Below are positions 1-4,040 of a DNA stretch of 5,104 bases, piece after piece. The notes below the pieces were generated by a model. That model did no database searches. It was not told the origin of the DNA and was given only the letters and a program-made list of their open reading frames with translations. Origin of the DNA: a virus. Numbering within the stretch: position 1 is the stretch's first letter; each line of letters begins with the position of its first letter. Both the position numbers and the translations under genes were made by a program. Location: positions 1-5,104 of IMG/VR virus record IMGVR_UViG_3300020029_000015. One strand, given 5' to 3'.

Positions 1-779
1 ATGCCGATCTGGATTCTTCTAGTATTTTCACGATCAACAGTCTTCGCACTGCCTTCCAGATGCAGAAGTTCTATGAGCGCCTTGCTCGCGGTGGTAGCCG
101 GTACACTGAAGTGCTTCGCTCTTTCTTCGGCGTAGTTTCTCCGGATGCTCGTCTTCAGCGCCCTGAATTCTTAGGCGCCTTCACGAAGATGGTTAACGTC
201 AATCCAATAGCTCAGACTTCCGCGACCGATACCACTTCGCCCCAAGGTAACCTTTCCGCTTACGGCGTCACTGCCTCTCAATTCCATGGGTTCACTAAAT
301 CCTTCGTTGAACACGGTTATATTATAGGTTTCGTATGTGCCCGCGCCGACCTTACTTACCAACAGGGCGTGAATAAGATGTGGCTTCGCTCTACGGTCTA
401 CGATTTCTATTGGCCCACATTCGCCCATCTCGGTGAACAGGCTATTGAACTTCGCGAAATCTATGCCCAGGGCACTGAAGCTGATACTACTGTTTTTGGT
501 TATCAGGAACGTTATGCCGAATATCGGTATAAACCTTCACAGATTACGGGGAAATTCCGTAGCTCTGTAACTGGTGGTAATCTCGATGTCTGGCATCTTT
601 CACAGTACTTCAGCAATGCTCCTACTCTTAACGAGGAGTTTATCACCGAGAACCCACCCATTAAGCGCATTATCGCGGTTCAGGATGAGCCTGAGTTCTT
701 GCTCGACGTAGGCTTCAGATATACTACCGTGCGTCCTATGCCTATGTTTGGTACCCCCGGCCTCGTCGATCACTTCTAG
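1..779 (+). CDS. VP1: Major capsid protein VP1 (phiX174 F-protein family), 3' portion. It continues 4041..5104 across the circular junction, and nt 1-121 duplicate 4984-5104.
   Basis: The reading frame (codons starting at 3, 6, ...) is open from position 1 to TAG 777-779 and is in phase with the frame that runs off the window end. Translation ..ADLDSSSIFTINSLRTAFQMQKFYERLARGGSRYTEVLRSFFGV.. matches the conserved microvirus capsid block (T.N.LR.A...Q.F.E..ARGG.RY.E.L...FGV). The 60..779 ORF in the track is only an internal Met of this gene. Confidence 0.93.
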   Translation, partial: ADLDSSSIFTINSLRTAFQMQKFYERLARGGSRYTEVLRSFFGVVSPDARLQRPEFLGAFTKMVNVNPIAQTSATDTTSPQGNLSAYGVTASQFHGFTKSFVEHGYIIGFVCARADLTYQQGVNKMWLRSTVYDFYWPTFAHLGEQAIELREIYAQGTEADTTVFGYQERYAEYRYKPSQITGKFRSSVTGGNLDVWHLSQYFSNAPTLNEEFITENPPIKRIIAVQDEPEFLLDVGFRYTTVRPMPMFGTPGLVDHF

Positions 780-793
780 AAGGAGTTGGTTAT

Positions 794-1480
794 ATGTCAT
801 GGCTCTCTAATACCCTAGGTAGTGTTGCTGGTTCCGTCCTTGGGTCCGCAGTCCAGAATCATTATAATTCCGCTAATGCCGCACAGGCTAACGCGTGGAA
901 TGTAGAGAATTATAAGCATCGTTATCAATGGGCTGTCGATGATATGCGTGCTGCTGGTCTGAATCCTATTCTCGCTGCGACTAATGGTATAGGCGGTTCC
1001 ATATCCGGAGCTTCAGCTGCTTCTGTCGGCATGAGTGATATCGGTTCTACCATGAACTCTGCCAGAGCTGCCAGTGCCGCTGAACGGCAGGCGAAGAATG
1101 CCGAGCATCTTGCGATTTCTCAAATCGATAAGAACGTCGCAGAAGCCGATTCTACGCGTCAGGCGACCCATGGTATAGTATTGGATAACGGCATTAAGGC
1201 TAATAATCTAAATTTAGCTGAGCAGACTTATGAAAAACGTCTCGGCTATGAACTTCAACGCATGGATCAGGAATTGCAGAATCTAAGACTTCAGGGATCC
1301 TATCTTTCTTCAGGCATACTCTCCAATATAGCCTCAGCTAATCAGTCTAATTCCGCCGCCTCTTTCTCTGTCCAGAATGCTCGTCTTTCAAAGCAAGAAG
1401 CTGATTTCTATGATTCATTAGGTGTTGGCAATTCAGGCCTTGGTCATATTCTTCGTGGAATTGGTTACATTATTAAGTAA
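794..1480 (+). CDS. VP2: Minor capsid / DNA pilot protein VP2 (functional analogue of phiX174 H)
   Basis: 228-aa ORF directly after VP1. SD AAGGAG at 780-785 lies 8 nt before ATG 794. It has a Gly/Ser/Ala-rich N-terminus, the motif YQWAVDDMRAAGLNPILA typical of gokushovirus VP2 (..M..AGLNP.LA), and a central heptad-like Q/L/E-rich segment. Its position after VP1 is as in other gokushoviruses. Confidence 0.85.
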   Translation: MSWLSNTLGSVAGSVLGSAVQNHYNSANAAQANAWNVENYKHRYQWAVDDMRAAGLNPILAATNGIGGSISGASAASVGMSDIGSTMNSARAASAAERQAKNAEHLAISQIDKNVAEADSTRQATHGIVLDNGIKANNLNLAEQTYEKRLGYELQRMDQELQNLRLQGSYLSSGILSNIASANQSNSAASFSVQNARLSKQEADFYDSLGVGNSGLGHILRGIGYIIK

Positions 1481-1496
1481 AAGGAGTTGTTATAAT

Positions 1497-1736
1497 ATGT
1501 CGAACAAAACTACTATGATTCTAACCTTCATTGTTACCGTCGTTGTTCCTTTCGTTCAGGAAGTTGTTGATCTCATCGAAGCACTGAAAGGTCGTTCTAC
1601 TGCATCTACTCAGCTTTTTAGTAAAGTCGCATCCGACTTTTCACATGATGTCGATAAACTTGTTGAGCCGGCTTCCAGTAAGGACAATTCCAATAAAACT
1701 AGCCGTTTTTTCGGTTCCTGGAGGGAAAATAAATGA
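1497..1736 (+). CDS. Small hypothetical protein (79 aa) with a single N-terminal hydrophobic helix; function unknown
   Basis: SD AAGGAG at 1481-1486 lies 10 nt before ATG 1497, immediately after the VP2 stop. Translation is MSNKTTMILTFIVTVVVPFVQEVVDLIEALKGRSTAST...SRFFGSWRENK. Residues ~7-20 are uninterrupted hydrophobic and the remainder is hydrophilic. The stop TGA 1734-1736 overlaps the next gene's ATG (ATGA). The track's upstream ATG 1422 lies inside VP2 and has no SD. Confidence 0.7.
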   Translation: MSNKTTMILTFIVTVVVPFVQEVVDLIEALKGRSTASTQLFSKVASDFSHDVDKLVEPASSKDNSNKTSRFFGSWRENK

Positions 1737-1843
1737 AACGTCGAAGATTGTCTAAGCGTGGTTCTCGCCGCCTTTTTCGGCGCACCTCCAAATCTCGTCG
1801 GAAAAATTTCATAAGAGTAGGACGAGGTGGATTTAGGATTTGA
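1733..1843 (+). CDS. ORF8: Small arginine-rich DNA-binding/packaging protein (gokushovirus ORF8/VP8 type, analogue of phiX174 J), 36 aa
   Basis: Not in the ORF track because it is too short. SD GGAGG at 1720-1724 lies 8 nt before ATG 1733. Translation is MKRRRLSKRGSRRLFRRTSKSRRKNFIRVGRGGFRI with stop TGA 1841-1843. About 40% of residues are Arg/Lys. The SRRLF.RT....N....RGG.R. pattern matches what I recall of Chlamydia-phage ORF8 proteins. Confidence 0.8.
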   Translation: MKRRRLSKRGSRRLFRRTSKSRRKNFIRVGRGGFRI

Positions 1844-1869
1844 CATTTCTGACTTAATCCTGATACAAT
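1840..1869 (+). promoter_or_regulatory. Sigma70-type promoter candidate upstream of VP4: TTGACA, 18-nt spacer, TACAAT, with extended -10 TG
   Basis: The -35 TTGACA at 1840-1845 is a perfect match. TGa at 1861-1863 is followed by TACAAT at 1864-1869 (5/6). The predicted transcription start is near 1876, just at the VP4 SD. Confidence 0.5.
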
Positions 1870-1886
1870 TGGTACAGGTGATCAAT

Positions 1887-2798
1887 ATGGTATGTTATAA
1901 TCCTATCCTCATGTACCCGGTCGAAGGAGCGTTCACGAAAAGCGGCAAGCAACATTATAGTTTCTACGGCAGCCTTGCCTCCCACCCTGAACTTGCTAAC
2001 GACAGTCGTTTCATTCGCTGTTCTTGCAAACAATGTATCGGCTGTCGACTCGAAAATTCTCGTCAATGGGCCATTAGAGCTGTTCACGAAGCCCGTACTT
2101 CGTCTTCAGCTTACTTCGTTACATGCACTTTCGATGATTACCATCTGCCGCGCGACAAAAGTTTGAGCAAGAAATTTCATCAGACTTTCATGAAGAATCT
2201 TCGTCGTGAGTATGGCAGCGGTATTCGCTTCCTCGGCTGTGGTGAATACGGTGAACTTCATGGTCGTCCCCATTATCATTATATATTATATAATATTAGC
2301 TTCGATGATAGAGTTTTTCGGTTCCGCACAGATGGTTATAATACTTATACTTCTGCTCGGTTTTCGAAAATCTGGAAATACGGTATGCATCTCATTGGCG
2401 AGTTTAGCTTCGACGCTGCTGCCTACGTCGCGCGCTACATAGTGAAAAAGCAGACTGGGAGTAAAGCTGCTGCTCACTATAATGGCCGTACGCCTGAGTT
2501 CATGCTGGCATCCAATCGTCCCGGCATAGGCGGAAAATGGCTTGAAGAGCATGGTGAAGAGTGTTATGCTAATGATTTCGTTGTCATCAACGGTAAGAAG
2601 ATGCGTCCTCCTCGTTACTACGATAAGAAATTCGACGAAACACATCCTCACTGGATGGAGTTCATTCGCAACAACCGCATTGAGAAAATGCTTCATAATC
2701 TGGAGAACAATACTTTCGACCGCCTGATTAACCGCTGCCTTGTTCAAGAGAGTAAATATAAGCATTTTCTTGGAAGAAAGCTTGACAAGTTATTATGA
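1887..2798 (+). CDS. VP4: Replication initiation protein VP4 (HUH rolling-circle endonuclease, phiX174 A-protein family), 303 aa
   Basis: SD AGGTGATC at 1876-1883 precedes ATG 1887 (MVCYNPIL...). There is a Cys cluster CSCKQCIGCRLENSRQWA. RCR motif 1 is FVTCTF (2115-2132), the HUH-type motif is HGRPHYHYILY (HYHYIL at 2271-2288), and the catalytic two-Tyr motif is YVARYIVKK (2424-2450). The track's GTG 1827 start overlaps ORF8 and lacks an SD. Confidence 0.95.
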   Translation: MVCYNPILMYPVEGAFTKSGKQHYSFYGSLASHPELANDSRFIRCSCKQCIGCRLENSRQWAIRAVHEARTSSSAYFVTCTFDDYHLPRDKSLSKKFHQTFMKNLRREYGSGIRFLGCGEYGELHGRPHYHYILYNISFDDRVFRFRTDGYNTYTSARFSKIWKYGMHLIGEFSFDAAAYVARYIVKKQTGSKAAAHYNGRTPEFMLASNRPGIGGKWLEEHGEECYANDFVVINGKKMRPPRYYDKKFDETHPHWMEFIRNNRIEKMLHNLENNTFDRLINRCLVQESKYKHFLGRKLDKLL

Positions 2799-2810
2799 CT
2801 GTGTTATCAT
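2782..2810 (+). promoter_or_regulatory. Sigma70-type promoter candidate inside the VP4 3' end: TTGACA, 17-nt spacer, TATCAT, with extended -10 TG
   Basis: The -35 TTGACA at 2782-2787 is a perfect match. TGt at 2802-2804 is followed by TATCAT at 2805-2810 (5/6). The predicted transcription start is near 2817, upstream of the ATG at 2830. Confidence 0.5.
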
Positions 2811-2829
2811 TAAATCAGAAAATGAGGTG

Positions 2830-3069
2830 ATGCCTATTACTGAACTTGAGGCCGTTGAAAAATTCTGTTCGAATCGTAATATTCTCTTCAATTACTCTTT
2901 CGGCGGAAGCAAATATGCCGCTTACCGCCTCAAGCCTGATGATTCTAGAGTTATTCGCCTTGATAATGACTATTATGTCATATCAGCTACGCTATATCTC
3001 ATGATTCGCAGGTATCTAGTTGCTTTAAGAAAAGGAGATGGTTCCGCTGAGACTCTATTCCATTTATGA
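2830..3069 (+). CDS. Hypothetical protein (79 aa from ATG 2830), no recognisable family
   Basis: The frame is open over 2740..3069. I prefer ATG 2830 because it is downstream of the VP4 stop and of the promoter candidate, and it is preceded by GAGGTG (2825-2829). Translation is MPITELEAVEKFCSNRNILFNYSFGGSKYAAYRLKPDDSRVIRLDNDYYVISATLYLMIRRYLVALRKGDGSAETLFHL. It fills otherwise non-coding space between VP4 and VP5, and its 3' end overlaps VP5 by 32 nt. The start codon is uncertain (GTG 2827 and ATG 2740 are alternatives). Confidence 0.55.
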   Translation: MPITELEAVEKFCSNRNILFNYSFGGSKYAAYRLKPDDSRVIRLDNDYYVISATLYLMIRRYLVALRKGDGSAETLFHL

Positions 3070-3328
3070 CTCCAAGGCTGAACAGTTCAGCCCTCCACAG
3101 GTATACCATAATGACATGCTTGCTCTGCGAGCTTTCGAAGGATTAGTCAATGATGATAAGACGCTTATTAATAGTTATCCTGAAGATTTCAGTCTTCATT
3201 ATGTCGGTAACCTTGGCGATACTGATGGCCGTTACTACATTGAAAGTTCTGACGAATCCCGCGTTCCTGCGCTGGTTGGTCGCGCCATAGACTACGTACA
3301 GGATATTGACAATGACGCGACTAGATGA
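3038..3328 (+). CDS. VP5: Non-structural protein VP5 (gokushovirus ORF5 family), 96 aa
   Basis: Translation MVPLRLYSIYDSKAEQFSPPQVYHNDMLALRAFEGLVNDDKTLINSYPEDFSLHYVGNLGDTDGRY... fits the conserved VP5 pattern (..YD.KAE.F..P........A.R.F...VND......PEDF.L...G...D..G). SD AAGGAG at 3032-3037 abuts ATG 3038. Stop is TGA 3326-3328. Confidence 0.85.
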   Translation: MVPLRLYSIYDSKAEQFSPPQVYHNDMLALRAFEGLVNDDKTLINSYPEDFSLHYVGNLGDTDGRYYIESSDESRVPALVGRAIDYVQDIDNDATR

Positions 3329-3354
3329 TAATCTAATATAGAGCGTATCAGAAT

Positions 3355-3387
3355 AAGGACGGTCTCGCGAGAGATCGTCCTTTTTCT
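3355..3387 (+). terminator. Rho-independent terminator-like hairpin downstream of VP5
   Basis: The 5' arm 3355-3366 (AAGGACGGTCTC) pairs with 3371-3382 (GAGATCGTCCTT), giving 12 bp with one G-T/U wobble. The GCGA (GNRA-type) tetraloop is at 3367-3370, followed by the T run TTTTTCT at 3381-3387. Confidence 0.65.
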
Positions 3388-3435
3388 GTGCGCCACGCCC
3401 GCCGCGTCTAGGCGCCTGTGAAAGGAGGTGAAATT

Positions 3436-3918
3436 ATGAAGTTCAAGACAGCTTACGATCCTGTAGAAGAACATAACCATTGCGGCATTGAATTTACTAT
3501 GCCGTCTCTCGCCGTTCAGGACGAGAAGGATGAAACCGATATTAATTATATTGTCAATAAGTACGCAGATGGTCAGAAAGGCATAGCTACTCTGGACCTC
3601 GGCGATAGTTCGCAGTATGCTTACCTTCAGTTCGGAGATGCAACGCTTCCCGGTGACTACAGCACAGCTCTGGAGCTTGTTTCCGGAGTTCGTGAAGAAT
3701 TCTATAGATTACCTGCTTACGTTCGAGCTAAATTCGGTCACGATCCCATGAATTTGATTACCAAATTAAATGACCCTGAAACATTCGAATATCTCCAACG
3801 AGAAGGTCTGTATGGTAGCAATTATACTTCTGACGAACCACAACAGTCCGTAAATAGTAAACAACCACAAGAAAAAAGTAACATTTTAAAAGAAAATAAT
3901 GAAGAAATAAAAAAATAG
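3436..3918 (+). CDS. VP3: Internal scaffolding protein VP3, 160 aa
   Basis: The strong SD AAGGAGGTGA at 3422-3430 lies 5 nt before ATG 3436. Translation is MKFKTAYDP...PSLAVQDEKDETDINYIVNKY...YSTALELVSGVREEFYRLPAYVRAKFGHDPMNLITKLNDPET. This matches the gokushovirus VP3 blocks (PS.T.Q..KDE.DIN.I..KY; F..LP..IR..F.NDP..). The C-terminus is an acidic/Lys-rich low-complexity tail. The track's GTG 3418 start lies inside the SD region and is not favoured. Confidence 0.9.
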   Translation: MKFKTAYDPVEEHNHCGIEFTMPSLAVQDEKDETDINYIVNKYADGQKGIATLDLGDSSQYAYLQFGDATLPGDYSTALELVSGVREEFYRLPAYVRAKFGHDPMNLITKLNDPETFEYLQREGLYGSNYTSDEPQQSVNSKQPQEKSNILKENNEEIKK

Positions 3919-3928
3919 CGGCACCGAA

Positions 3929-3955
3929 GCCAGTTACTTACTCGATGTAACTGGC
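3929..3955 (+). repeat. Perfect 9-bp inverted repeat (hairpin) just after the VP3 stop
   Basis: GCCAGTTAC (3929-3937) and GTAACTGGC (3947-3955) are exact reverse complements, separated by a 9-nt loop TTACTCGAT. No T-tract follows, so it is not a canonical intrinsic terminator. Confidence 0.7.
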
Positions 3956-3981
3956 GTAGGTGACGCATAATTGAACTACAA

Positions 3982-4015
3982 CCTAATAATATATTGCTTA
4001 AGGTTAATTATTAGG
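3982..4015 (+). repeat. AT-rich 9-bp inverted repeat upstream of the VP1 ribosome-binding site
   Basis: CCTAATAAT (3982-3990) and ATTATTAGG (4007-4015) are exact reverse complements with a 16-nt loop. An alternative pairing exists between AACCT (3980-3984) and AGGTT (4001-4005). Confidence 0.6.
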
Positions 4016-4040
4016 CTTACAATCCAAAGAAGGTGAAGAT

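Noticed and set aside
1-121. The terminal 121-nt direct repeat, considered as a biological feature (a DTR of a linear phage, LTR-like or att duplication).
   Set aside because: The repeat lies inside a single continuous capsid reading frame, and the unit length is a multiple of three. This fits linearisation and assembly overlap of a circular ssDNA genome, not true terminal redundancy or integration-site duplication.
171-428. Minus-strand ORFs from the track (171..428, 600..800, 1610..1885, 1854..2087, 2286..2765, 3292..3480).
   Set aside because: All lie antisense to well-supported + strand genes or across the terminator region. They have no SD-like sequences or recognisable motifs. Microviridae encode all genes on one strand, the virion-sense strand. 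They are most likely chance open frames.
1422-1496. Longer N-terminal extensions offered by the track: ATG 1422 for the small TM protein, GTG 1827 for VP4, GTG 3418 for VP3 and ATG 2740 for the orphan ORF.
   Set aside because: Each extension overlaps the preceding gene or an SD element and lacks its own SD. The downstream ATGs at 1497, 1887 and 3436 have strong, correctly spaced SDs, and for VP4 and VP3 they give N-termini like those of homologues. For 2740 the choice is less certain. It was rejected mainly because it lies upstream of the promoter candidate.
1975-2166. Other +1-frame ORFs inside VP4 (1975..2166 and 2542..2727).
   Set aside because: They are short, have no SD before their starts, and have unremarkable composition. 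They are probably by-products of the VP4 codon pattern.
3306-3339. A third perfect TTGACA (3306-3311) in the VP5 3' end, with possible -10 elements GATAAT (3327-3332, 15-nt spacer) or TAATAT (3334-3339).
   Set aside because: Spacer lengths or hexamer matches are suboptimal. A transcript from here would run straight into the hairpin/T-tract at 3355-3387. It might still be the missing promoter for VP3-VP1-VP2 with an attenuator, but the evidence from sequence alone is too weak to call.
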